NCBI RefSeq assembly: GCF_036365525.1
Contig: NC_090378.1
Location: 117,041,593-117,105,592 of the forward strand
Direction of reading: 5' to 3'
DNA from: Heterodontus francisci
Taxonomy: Eukaryota
DNA length: 64,000 nt
The notes beneath the pieces are model-generated. The model did no database searches and was not told where the DNA came from. It saw nothing but the letters and a program-made list of their open reading frames with translations. This document shows, piece by piece, positions 39,289 to 51,600 of this stretch (within the stretch, counting starts at the first letter, position 1; every line of letters begins with the position of its first letter). A program made the position numbers and the translations under genes.

Positions 39289-42200
39289 GACAGTTATTAC
39301 TGAAATGAGTCTGAAAGAAGGGCAGGAATGGCAGCTCAATATTCCTGATACTGAGTTTCCCAACGGGATAGAGAGGGAGAGAAAAAAGGAGAAGGGTTTC
39401 ACAATATTAGTCAAAAGAAAAAATCGCAGCTGTGAGGAGGGATGATATTCAAGCAGGATCATCGAATGAGGACATCTGAATGAACGTAGGAACAAAAAAG
39501 GGGCAATCACATTGCTGCACTATATATAGACCAGGGGTCGGTAACCTTTATTACCTGAAGAGACTGTTTTCAAAAATATTACCTAAAATAAAAACTACTG
39601 GCAGTGTCAAGACCAAAATTCAGCATTTCTAAACCAAATACCTTCTAAATTGCCAAGTGTCTCTGGTAGAATGCACACTTTGTATATATAATAAATAAAA
39701 TATATGTATTGAATTTATGTATCAATAGAAAAAAAGTCAAAATCAGAATAGGTTTCACTCTGAATTATTGCATTTTTTTGACTTGTTTTTGTATAATTTT
39801 GTCAGTAAAGTCAAAATTTTAAAAAAAAATTTAAATTCAGATGTGCAGAATTAAGACAATTTTTTCAGCTATTGATTCTCGTAATAAAAAAGAAGTTTGT
39901 AATAGCAGAATAATTTATCATCTCAGTGATATTAGAAACAATAATGGTCATAAACATAAAAGCTGTTCCTCCAATGGAAGCTGTACCACTCAAACAAGTT
40001 CATTTAGACAATGATGATGCTTTTCATTTAAATAATCATTTGAAACTATAAAGTACAACATAATGATTAGCCTTTTATCCCCACAATAAAAACACAGTTT
40101 ACTTTCCTTGACTGAATTTTTTCGGCCTTTTTCATGTTAATGTGATCCAACTGGAAAAGGTTGGCAGCTGTAAATGAGCTGTTAAAGAGTCACATGTGTC
40201 TCCGGAGTCGCAGGTTCCAGACTCCTGCTATAGACCCTCAAACAGTCAGAGGGAGAGAGAAGAGCAAATGTGTCGGCAAATTACTGAAAAGTGCAGAAAC
40301 AACAGGCCAGTAATAGGAGGGGATTTCAACTTTCCAAATATTAACTGGGATAAATTCAGTATAAAAGGTACAGAGGGCGCAGAATTCCTAAAATACATTC
40401 GGGAGAACTTTTCTCATCAGTAGAAAGACCAACAAGAGAAGATACAGTTCTGGACTTAGTTTTCAGGAATGAATCTGGGCAGGTGGAAGGGGATCAATGT
40501 GAGAGTGTTTTAGTGGCAGTGATTATAATTCAGTTAGATTTAGAGCAGTTATAGAAAAGGAGAAAGATGGACCAAGAGTAAAAGTTTTAAACTGGGGAAA
40601 GGCCAATTTTACTAAGCTGAGATGTGATTTGTCAGAATTAGACTGGAAACAGCTACTTGAAGGTAAATCAGTGTCAGAGCAGTGGGAGGCATTCAAGGAG
40701 GAGATAGTGAGGGCTCAGAACAAACATGTTCCCACAAAGAAAAAGGGTGAGACTCCCAAATCTCCATTTACCACAGATGGCAAAGAGCATACACAGTAGG
40801 ATAAGGTACAAAAGGGAAACTTATATCAGATTCTGAGATCTTGATACTGCAGAAAACCTGGAGAAGTGTAGAGAGTTCAGGGGTGAAATTGAAAAGGAAA
40901 TTAGGGAAACAAAGAGAGGACATGAAAAAATATTAGCTAGTAAAATCAAGGAAAACCCAAAGATGTTTAATAAATACATATAGAGCCGGAGAATCACTAA
41001 GAAAAGAGCGGGGTAAATTGGAGTCCAAAAACCTAACCTGTGTGTGGAGGCGGAGGATGTGGACATGTTTCTGAATGAATACTTTGTGCCTTTTTTCACA
41101 GAGAGTGACAAAGCAGACATTGTAGTTAAGGAGGAGGAGTGTGAAATCTTGGATGGGATAAACTGAGTGAGGGAGGAAATATTAAGGTGTTTCACATCCT
41201 TGAAAATGGATAAATCACCAGGCCCAGGTGAAATGTATCCCAGGCTGCAAAGGAAGCAATGGAAGAAATAGCAGAGGCTCTGATCCTCATTTTCCAATCC
41301 TCTCTGGTTAAAGGCATGGTGCCTGAGGACTGGAGGACTGCTAATGTTGTACTGTTGTTTAAAAAGGAAAGAATGGATGGACCAAGTAATTACAGATCAG
41401 TCAGCATAACCTCGGCAGTGGGAGAATTATTGGAAAAAGTTCTGAGAGACAGTAAAAACCATCATTTAGAGAAACACGGGATTAATTCAGGACAGTCAGC
41501 ATGGATTTGTTAAGGGAAGTTTGTGTCTGACTAACGATTACATTTCATGAGGAGGTTACAAGGAGTGTCAAAGTGGGCGTCATGTTTGAAAGAGTCTACA
41601 TGGATTTTAGCAAGGCCTTTGACAAGATCCCACATGGCAGACTGGTCAGAAAATTAAAAGCCCATGGGATCCAAGGAAAAGTGGGAAATTGGATCAAAAA
41701 TTGAGTCAGTGACAGGAAGCAAAGTTTTATTGTCGGTGGGTGTTTTTGTGAGTGGAAAGCTGTTTTCAGTGGGGTTCTGCAGGGCTCCGTACTGGGTCCA
41801 CTGCTGATTATAGTATCTTTCAATGATTTAGATTTAAATGGAAGGGGTATTAAGAAGTTTGTAGATGATACAAAAATAGGCCTTGCGGTTGAAAATGAGG
41901 AACAAGGCTGTCGACTGCAGGAAGATATCAATGGGTGGGCAGAAAAATAGCAAATGGAATTCAGTCCAGAGAAATGTGAGGTAATGCATTTGGGGAGGAC
42001 AAACGAGGCAAAGGAATATCCAATAAATGGGATGATACTGAGAAGTGTAGAGGAACTGAGGGACCTTGGAGTTCATGTCCACAGATCCCTGAAGGTAGCA
42101 GGACAGCTAGATAAGGTGGTTAAGAAGGCTTACGGGATGCTTGCCCTTATTCGCTGAGGCCTGGAGTATAAGGTTAAGGAGGTTATGCCAGAACTGTAGA

Positions 42201-42775
42201 AAACACTAGTTAGACCACAGCTAGAAAACTGTGTACAGTTCTGGTCACCACATTACAGGAAGGATGTGATCAAACAAGAGGGGGTACAGAGGAGATTTAC
42301 GAGGATGTTACCAGGAATGGAGAATTTTACCTATGAGGAAAGATAAGATCGGCTGGGATTGTTATCTCTGGAACAGAGGAGACTGAGGGGAGATTTAATT
42401 GAGGTGTATAAAATTATGAGGGGCCTAGATAGAGTGGATAGGAAGGACCTACTTCCCGCAGCAGAGAGGTCAATAACCCAGCGGCATAGATTTAAATTAA
42501 TTGGTGGAAGGATGAGAGGTGAATTGAGGAGTAATATTTTCACCCAGAGGGTGTTGGGGGTCTGGAACTCACTGCCTGAAAGGGTGGTAGAGGCAGAAAC
42601 TCTCATCACATTGAAAAAACACTTGGATATGCACTTGAGGTGCCGAAACCTACAGGGATATGGGAATAAGAGCTGGAAAGTGGGATTAGGTTTGTTAACT
42701 CATTTTCAGCTGGCATGGAAACCATGGGCCGAATGGCCTCATCTGCATTGTAAATCTTTCTATGTTTCTCTGTAT
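39289..42775 (+). mobile_element. Decayed CR1 ORF2 (endonuclease to 3' end) in the J-C intron, antisense to the Ig gene
   Basis: GQEWQLNIP, GGDFNFPNINW, PEDWRTANV, RDLGVHVHRSLKV, FTQRVLGVWNSLP. Confidence 0.9.
39532..40227. mobile_element. AT-rich non-autonomous hAT/Charlie-like DNA transposon nested in CR1
   Basis: Imperfect TIRs CAGGGGTCGGTAACCT / AGGTTCCAGACTCCTG; 8-bp TSD ATATAGAC / CTATAGAC. Confidence 0.85.
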
Positions 42776-43211
42776 AAACGTCTCTAATGAAGGTTTATCA
42801 CCAATTCAGCACTGAAATGGTTAATAGTAAGAGTGTTTAAAGACTCAGTGTCTCTTTAAGACACTGTTAACCTGACAGGAAGCTCGAACTTGAGATCAGT
42901 CTATCTGGAGGAAACAGGCTCAGTGTTAACAAATCTCAGATCACACACACAGCCGGAGAACTTTCTCCGAGAACACTGGAGCAGACTTGTATCAACACAT
43001 GTCAGAAAGGATTCATGTTGGGTGTCGGTGTAGAAGGTTTTCGATTTCATTTAAAACCTTCTTGTCCAACACTGGGGTGAGGTCAAGGGTGAGGTTATAA
43101 TCAGTCTCAGTGTACTGGGGTCAGGCAGGGTCACTGCTCCAAATGATCCCATGACCCCTGGAAGGTGAGAGTGTGCGCGAGGGTCAGGATCAGGAGCCTC
43201 CAAACTCAAAG

Positions 43212-43595
43212 AAAGACTTGCATTTCTATAGTGCCTGTCACCACCTCAGGATGTCCCAAAGTGTTTTACGGCCAATTGTGCACAGCAAGATCCCAGACAG
43301 CTGAGTGATAATGAGCAGAAAATCTGATTTTCAGTGCTGTTGGTTGAGTGATAAACATTGTCCAGAACACCGAGGAGAACTCCCCTGCTCTTCTAATAGT
43401 GCAGTGGGATCCTTTACATTCACCTGAGAGGGCAGACGTCAGTTTGTCTCAACTGAAAGATAGCACCTCTGACAATGCAGCACTCCCTCAATACTGCACT
43501 GCAGTGTCAGCCTGGATTATGTGCTCCAGTCTCTGGAGTGGGACTTGAAGCCACAACATTCTGACTCAGAAGTGAGAGTGCTACCCACTGAGACA
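43212..43595 (-). mobile_element. tRNA-derived DeuSINE (SacSINE1/AmnSINE-like); a second 3' fragment at ~44009-44205
   Basis: Pol III A/B-box-like head TCTCAGTGGGTAGCACTCTC...GGCTTCAAGTCCC; Deu-like core GAGGGAGTGCTGCATTGTCAGAGGTGC; tail CTATAGAAATGCAAGTCTTTC. Confidence 0.75.
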
Positions 43596-44208
43596 ACACT
43601 AACACCTCACAGTCGAATAGCCTGCCATTCTCAACCTCCCGGCTCACACTTGGAGAAATGAGGCCACTTGGGGAGGGTGGAGCTGTGCCCCAGCCAGAGA
43701 TAGTGCCTTCAGGAGAGAGATGGAGAGCAGATTGTGGGAGACCTGTAGTCTAGAGGGGTGACATTTAACCAGTCGATGGCAGGTGCTGAGCCCTTTCGCC
43801 GTAAGTATTATGTAAGTCGATGGGGAAAGTGGGAGGGGCACTGGAGTAACACCTTTGTTGCTGCTGAAACTCTTGCTATCTGCTCAGTCATGTCTAATAA
43901 ACACACAGACAAATCAGACAAACATTAGTCAGTTTTCTGTGGATTTTCTGCTGGGTTCAGCTTTAATCAACAGGGTATTGTGGGAGCTCCCGGTTAATAA
44001 AAAGAAAAGAAAGACTTGTATTTATATCGAGTATTTCACACCTCAGGACCTCCCAAAGTCATTTACAGACAATGAAGGACTTGTTTAAAGAGCAGTCACT
44101 GTTGGAATGTAGGAAATGTGGCAGACAATTTGTGCACAGCAAGATCCCACAAACAGCAATGAGGTAAATGAACATTTTCAGTCACGTCGGTTCAGAGATA
44201 AATATCAG

Positions 44209-45165
44209 TGTCATGCAGGCCCCCACCTGCCAAGAATGAGGCACATTAATTTCACCATATGAACACTGCTTTTTAATCTGTTGCTGGAGTAAAGAAAGAA
44301 CTTGTTTTTAAAAAACAGCACCACGCCCTTGACTGGAAAGACATTGGCATAATAACAGACAGTACTTGGAAGGGACAAAAGACCATTTCCTGACAAATTC
44401 AATCCACAATGGACTTTTGATTACCAGACATTGAGGGTGGAGGAGCTCCCATTCCAGCTTGACTGCTAAGATGGCCGACTACACCATCGGACATGGCCAG
44501 ACCAGTTTAGTCACATGACTAACTGGCTGTTGTAGTTTTTTGAATTTGAACTTGCCACAGAGAATTTGAACTCAGAAAGCTGTTTGCTCCTGGACTGAAA
44601 AGACTTTTCATGGCTGGCTTGCCACTGTCTCTCTCCCGTCGGCTTTCATCTCTCTCACCAGCTTCAGAAATCATTGAAGACATATGAACCGCAAGAGGGA
44701 AAAGTCTCCCACAGTGAACAAGGTTTAAGAAGAATACTGGGCCCCAATGAAAAGCAAGATCTACCGACAAGCAAGGACTACAGTGAGCTCGAAGCACAGT
44801 AACAAAAACTCTCTTCAGAGATTGCCTCAAACCTCTGCACTTTATTTTTCTTCTGCTCTTTTCTGTCTCTATTTGCATGTGTGTATCGCATATGCATGCT
44901 AGCGTGGGGCGGGGCGGGGCGTGTATCCGTACGCGTTAACTGAATTAGAGTTTTAGTTTAAGTTTTAATAAATTTTACCTTTCTTCTTTAAACCTAAGAA
45001 AACCTGTTTGTGCTCATTTCTTTGCCTCACAATTGGAAAGCGGTGAACAAGGATTCACCGAGAAGGAGCTCAAAACACAGTGTGTTTCAAATTAAATCTT
45101 GTTACAGGAAGACCAGGTGAAGGCTGTGAAAGACCCCGAGAGACTTTCATCACCTGGTCAGAACA
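44209..45165 (+). mobile_element. Probable solo LTR in the J-C intron
   Basis: TG...CA ends, internal AATAAA (44967), GC boxes, abrupt interruption of a SINE fragment; TSD only approximate (ATCAG/ATCGA). Confidence 0.5.
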
Positions 45166-45702
45166 ATCGACCTGAACTCGACCCAAAGAGAAAGCAACTG
45201 AGAGATTCCCCAAAACCCTGGAACACTGAAGCCACTGGATTGGGAGCCCTGCTGTCATTGTTTGTCATCAGAACTTTGACAAGAGATAAGCAGGGAGTGG
45301 ACAGAGCAGAGTTAAAGCTGGGGGAGGTGGGACCTCGGTGTCTCACTGTGCTGGTGCTGAGATCAGTTATATCAGAGACTGTGACAGAGACCCAGAGCTC
45401 ACACTGAGACTGGCAGGAGTCTAGTGAGGGATTTCACTCCATGGAGCAGGAATGTGACCACAGTCTGCAAACGTCCAGATCTCCTCTACACACTGGGTAA
45501 AAGTTGGTTACTTATATCTTGCTGGTTAAAGGGGGAATGTAACTAAAGAAATACAGCTGGGCACCCTGTTATACACAGTGCTCTTCAATGAACCATTTCA
45601 TTGACTGCAGCTCCTTTCTAACACCTTCCACTATTCAGCATTTGTGTTTTAGAAAGTTTCAGTATTTAAAGGATTAGTAACGGAGGATTGAGGTTTACTT
45701 AC

Positions 45703-45737
45703 TCAGTCTAAGCTTGGTTCCTTTACCGAACGTAAAC
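45703..45737 (-). CDS. IGKJ: Ig kappa-type J segment (FTFGKGTKLRL)
   Basis: FGxG motif; donor A|GTAAGT in phase with the C exon (A+GC = Ser); flanked by a 23-RSS. Confidence 0.96.
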
Positions 45738-45776
45738 CACACTGACAGCTTCCAGTGCAGGGGCTGTACAATATCC
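45738..45776 (+). promoter_or_regulatory. J recombination signal, 23-bp spacer (CACACTG-23-ACAATATCC), degenerate
   Basis: Heptamer 45738-45744 (6/7), spacer 45745-45767, nonamer 45768-45776 (7/9). Confidence 0.9.
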
Positions 45777-45789
45777 TCTGCTCTCTGTT

Positions 45790-46389
45790 TCACTCACTCA
45801 CTCTCACCCTCTCTCTGTCTTTCACTGTCACTGTGTCTCTCTCTCTGTCGCTCTTTGCCTGTGTGTATGTGTGTCTCTGTCTCTCACACTCTCTCTATAT
45901 ATATCTATTTGTCTCTGTCTCTATGTGTGCTTCTGTCTGTCTCTCTGTGTGTGTCGTTCACAGTGTGTCACACTCTGTCTCTGCTACTTTGGGTTTCTCT
46001 CACATTCTGTCTCTCTCTCATTGTTTTCTCTCACTCTGTCTCTTTCACTCTCTCATTATGTCCCTCTCTCTCACTCCCTGTTACTCTGTCTCTGTCACAC
46101 GCTCTCTCTCTCTCACACTCTCTCTCAATCTGTCTCTCTCTTTCTCTCACTCACTCTGTCTCTCTTTCTCAATCTCTCTCACTCCCTCACTCTGTCTCTC
46201 TTTTTCTCCCTCTCACTGTCTCTCTCTTTCTCTCTCTCTCACTCTCTCTCTCTTTCCCACTCTCACTCTCTCTCATTCAGTCTCACTCTGTCTCTCTTTT
46301 TCTCCCTCTCACTATCTCTCTCTTTCTCTCTCTCTCACTCTCTCACTTTGTCTCTCTTTCTCACTCTGTCTCTCTTTTTCTCCCTCTCA

Positions 46390-46421
<32 letters not shown>

Positions 46422-46422
46422 C
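45790..46422. repeat. CT-rich simple repeat tract directly beyond the J-RSS
   Basis: Polypyrimidine/(CT)n composition. Confidence 0.9.
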
Positions 46423-47241
46423 AGACTGGGATGAATTCTCCCGGTGCCATGGAGACGGGGTTCTCATTTGGAGGTTGGGCAGGACTGGGAAAAATACGAC
46501 GAGCCGTGTCAACATGGCTCCCTGACACATTCCCGCCTCCGGGTTACTTTCCCATGGGTGTACTGGGAACCGGTCATCTGCTGGCTCCATGGAGATGGGC
46601 AGACAATTAGAGCAATGAAGTTCACATTTAGGGGCCATTTTGAGCCGGTGCTGGTATTTTACCAATGTCGGAGCGGCCTCCCCACCCCTGAGTGTGGAGG
46701 CCGCCAGCTCAATGGAGGAGCCCTCCCGGCAGCAGGCCAGGGGACCATCGGAGACGGAGACTCTATGACCCAATGAGCTACAGGGATGAAAAGCTGCAGT
46801 CCCGCCTGTGAATAATCCTGTGGAGGAGTTTCCTAATCCTAACCCTCTTCAACCTGATGGCCCAACTGGCTTCAGCCCTTTTTATTTTACTATTCCTCTG
46901 CAGGCAGCCAAGGGCATCTCCATGTTGAGGGGCCCTCACTCTCACCTGCCTGTTTCAGCAGGGCCCACCTCTCCCGGTGGAGCTGCCAGCCTGACATCAC
47001 TGTGGGCCCTCTGATTGGGCCTGCAGGCTCGGGAGCCTGACCGCCATCATTAATAGGACAGTGAGTGTGGAGGTGACCAATTAGGAGGCTGCCTCCCAGA
47101 AAGTTGCTCCGGCGAGTGCTGATGACATGGGCAGGCTCGGGACCCTCATATAGGCCAGACGTCAGAGTCCCAATGTCCACTGGGACAACCAGCCATCTCT
47201 CTCTCTCACGCTGTCCCTCTTGTGCTCTTTCCCTCTGTCTA

Positions 47242-47404
47242 NNNNNNNNNNNNNNNNNNNNNNNNNNNNNNNNNNNNNNNNNNNNNNNNNNNNNNNNNNN
47301 NNNNNNNNNNNNNNNNNNNNNNNNNNNNNNNNNNNNNNNNNNNNNNNNNNNNNNNNNNNNNNNNNNNNNNNNNNNNNNNNNNNNNNNNNNNNNNNNNNNN
47401 NNNN
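47242..47404. other. Assembly gap (163 N) between J and V
   Basis: Run of N flanked by CT-rich sequence. Confidence 1.
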
Positions 47405-47559
47405 CCCCCAATGTCTCTCTTTCTGTCATTCTCTCTCTCCCACTGTCTCTGTTTCTCTCTCTCTCCTACTGTCTCTGTTTCACTCTCTCTCTCTGTCTGA
47501 ATTCCATGCTGCCGTGCTTGGGAAAGTTGGGAATTCTACTTGTCGATGATAAATCTTCC

Positions 47560-48200
47560 AGCTGCTCTTCCCACCACATCAGATGGAAAAGCCTGGAGCC
47601 ACTCAATTCCTGGAAAATGAAAATCTCCCAGCTAACCGAGCTCACCTGCCTGTGCTCTGGAAAAAAGGGGAGGGGTGTTTCTGTAAATGTGATGTTTCTG
47701 TTGCTGACTCTGCTCTTCCTCATGGACCATTTGAAAACAGTGAGTTTCAGAGTCAGTGGATCATGTCTACATGGAGTGGGAGAGGTTGTGGCCCCTGTTC
47801 CATTATTGAACGGGCTGCTCCTCATCCTCTGGTTCTAATTCAGGCCCACGCTCCTGATCTTTGGCCACCCAGTGTAGAGGGGAGTGGGCAGGTTGGAGGC
47901 CCCTCCTCGTGGGTCTGCTCCTGGGCCTGGCCAAGGTGTCCATCCAGAGGCCCGAGTTGGATGGGACCCATGGGGGTGGTGGCACTGGCTGACAGTCTCT
48001 CTACCATGGCATTGTCCCCACCCGGGTGGCCCTGGAGAAGGAGCAGGGGGTGTCTGCTGGGTCACTTGAGGCCTTCAGGCTGCAGTGGGGACCACAGGGA
48101 CAGGAGTGTGTAGTGGATAGTGAAAATAACATCAGGCTTTAATTTGTTCAGTTTGCTTTCTATTTATGATTTCAGTTTTATTCATTTCGACACTTTTCTA
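47560..48200 (+). mobile_element. Tx1-clade LINE 3' fragment in the V-J interval
   Basis: Shares CCCACGCTCCTGATCTTTGGCCACCC and CTGCTCCTGGGCCTGGCCAAGGTG with the element at ~26900-26990. Confidence 0.8.
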
Positions 48201-48621
48201 AATTGGATTTTGATTGGTGAAAATTGTGTCAACCAGATTGTCCAATCAGATGAGAAGAAACCTGTTTCCATAGTAACTGACCTGGGGTGTCTGACCTGGG
48301 ATGGGGGGTCAATAATAATGATCAATAATTAGTCTGTGCTCATGAAGCGACTCCACCAGAACCCAGAGAGAATCGAATGAAGCAAAATGTCAAATCTCCA
48401 GAGCTGTGAGATTCTCACTGATGAAGACAGCAGCTCCTCGTCCTCTCTAAACTCCTCCATCCTTTCCCAATTCGTCACACCGTTCAGGGGAATGTTTCTG
48501 TCAACACTTTCATCGACACATGTGGCAGCAATGCACAAAACAGCAAATATTTCCCAGATAGGTAAGACAGGAGATTGAAGCAACTGTTTTAATACACCGT
48601 CTGTTTATTATATAATAAATA

Positions 48622-51600
48622 TAACTGTGGATCTGTCAGTACAGGAGGTGGGACTGTGTCTCCATTATTATATATTATATATAACTGTGGGATGTGTCAG
48701 TACAGGAGGTGGGACTGTGTGTCCATTATTATATATTATATATAACTGTGGGATGTGTCAGTACAGGAGGTGGGACTGTGTGTCCATTATTATATATTAT
48801 ATATAACTGTGGGATGTGTCAGTACAGGAGGTGGGACTGTGTGTCCATTATTATATATTATATATAACTGTGGGATGTGTCAGTCCAGGAGGTGGGACTG
48901 TGTGTCCATTATTATATATTATATATAACTGTGGGATGTGTCAGTACAGGAGGTGGGACTGTGTGTCCATTATTATATATTATATATAACTGTGGGATGT
49001 GTCAGTCCAGGAGGTGGGACTGTGTGTCCATTATTATATATTATTTATAACTGTGGGATGTGTCAGTGCAGGAGGTGGGACTGTGTGTCCATTATTATAT
49101 ATTATTTATAACTGTGGGATGTGTCAGTGCAGGAGGTGGGACTGTGTGTCCATTATTGTATATTATTTATAACTGTGGGATGTGTCAGTGCAGGAGGTGG
49201 GACTGTGTGTCCATTATTGTATATTATTTATAACTGTGGGATGTGTCAGTGCAGGAGGTGGGACTGTGCGTCCATTATTATATATTATATATAACTGTGG
49301 GATGTGTCAGTGCAGGAGGTGGGACTGTGCGTCCATTATTATATATTATATATAACTGTGGGATGTGTCAGTGCAGGAGGTGGGACTGTGCGTCCATTAT
49401 TATATATTATATATAACTGTGGGATGTGTCAGTGCAGGAGGTGGGACTGTGTGTCCATTATTGTATATTATTTATAACTGTGGGATGTGTCAGTGCAGGA
49501 GGTGGGACTGTGCGTCCATTATTATATATTATATATAACTGTGGGATGTGTCAGTGCAGGAGGTGGGACTGTGTGTCCATTATTGTATATTATTTATAAC
49601 TGTGGGATGTGTCAGTGCAGGAGGTGGGACTGTGCGTCCATTATTATATATTATATATAACTGTGGGATGTGTCAGTGCAGGAGGTGGGACTGTGTGTCC
49701 ATTATTATATATTATTTATAACTGTGGGATGTGTCAGTGCAGGAGGTGGGACTGTGTGTCCATTATTATATATTATATATAACTGTGGGAGGTGTCAGTC
49801 GAGGAGGTGGGACTGTGCGTCCATGATTATATATTATATATAACTGTGGGATGTGTCAGTGCGGGAGGTGGGACTGTGTGTACATTATTATATATTATAT
49901 ATAACTGTGGGATGTGTCAGTGCGGGAGGTGGGACTGTGTGTCCATTATTATATATTATATATAACTGTGGGATGTGTCAGTGCGGGAGGTGGGACTGTG
50001 TGTCCATTATTATATATTATATATAACTGTGGGATGTGTCAGTGCGGGAGGTGGGACTGTGTGTCCATTATTATATATTATATATAACTGTGGGAGGTGT
50101 CAGTCGAGGAGGTGGGACTGTGCGTCCATGATTATATATTATGTATAACTGTGGGATGTGTCAGTGCGGGAGGTGGGACTGTGTGTACATTATTATATAT
50201 TATATATAACTGTGGGATGTGTCAGTGCGGGAGGTGGGACTGTGTGACCATTATTATATATTATATATAACTGTGGGATGTGTCAGTACCGGAGGTGGGA
50301 CTGTGTGTCAATTATTATATATTATATATAACTGTGGGATGTGTCAGTCCAGGTGGTGGGACTGTGTGTCCATTATTATATATTATATATAACTGTGGGA
50401 TGTGTCAGTGCGGGAGGTGGGACTGTGTGTCCATTATTATATATTATATATAACTGTGGGATGTGTCAGTGCGGGAGGTGGGACTGTGTGTCCATTATTA
50501 TATATTATATATAACTGTGGGACGTGTCAGTACAGGAGGTGGGACTGTGTGTCCATTATTATATATTATATATAACTGTGGGATGTGTCAGTACAGGAGC
50601 TGGGACTGTGTGTCCATTATTATATATTATATATAACTGTGGGATGTGTCATTGCAGGTGGTGGGACTGTGTGTCCATTATCATATATTATATATAACTG
50701 TGGGATGTGTCAGTACAGGAGGTGGCACTGTGTGTCGATTATTACATATTAGATATAACTGTGGGATGTGTCAGTACCGGAGGTGGGACTGTGTGTCAAT
50801 TATTATATATTATATCTAACTGTGGGATGTGTCACTACAGGAGGTGGGACTGTGTCTCCATTATTATATATTATATATAAATGAGGGATGTATCCGCACA
50901 GGAGGTGGGAATGTGTGTCCATTATTATTTTTATATCTAACTGTGGGATGTTTCACGACAGGAGGTGGGACTGTGTGTCCATTATCATATATTATAAAAA
51001 ACTGTGGGATGTGTCAGTTGCAGGAGGTGGGACTGTGTGTCCATTATTATATATTATATATAAATGAGGGATGTATCCGCACAGGAGGTGGGACTGTGTG
51101 TCCATTATTATTTATATATCTAACTGTGGGATGTGTCACTACAGGAGGTGGGACTGTGTCTCCATTATTATATATTATATATAAATGAGGGATGTATCCG
51201 CACAGGAGGTGGGACTGTGTGTCCATTATTATTTATATATATAACTGTGGGATGTGTCAGTGCAGGAGGTGGGACTGTGTGTCCATTATTATTTTTATAT
51301 CTAACTGTGGGATGTTTCACGACAGGAGGTGGGACTGTGTGTCCATTATCATATATTATAAAAAACTGTGGGATGTGTCAGTTGCAGGAGGTGGGACTGT
51401 GTGTCCATTATTATATATTATATATAACTGTGGGATGTGTCATTGCAGGTGGTGGGACTGTGTGTCCATTATCATATATTATATATAACTGTGGGATGTG
51501 TCAGTACAGGAGGTGGGACTGTGTGTCCATTATTATATATTGTATATAACTGTGGGATGTGTCAGTACAGGAGGTGGGACTGTGTGTCCATTATTATATA

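Noticed and set aside
45714-46610. Ser/Leu-rich ORFs (also at 30406-31201 and 55819-56619)
   Set aside because: CT-rich low-complexity sequence
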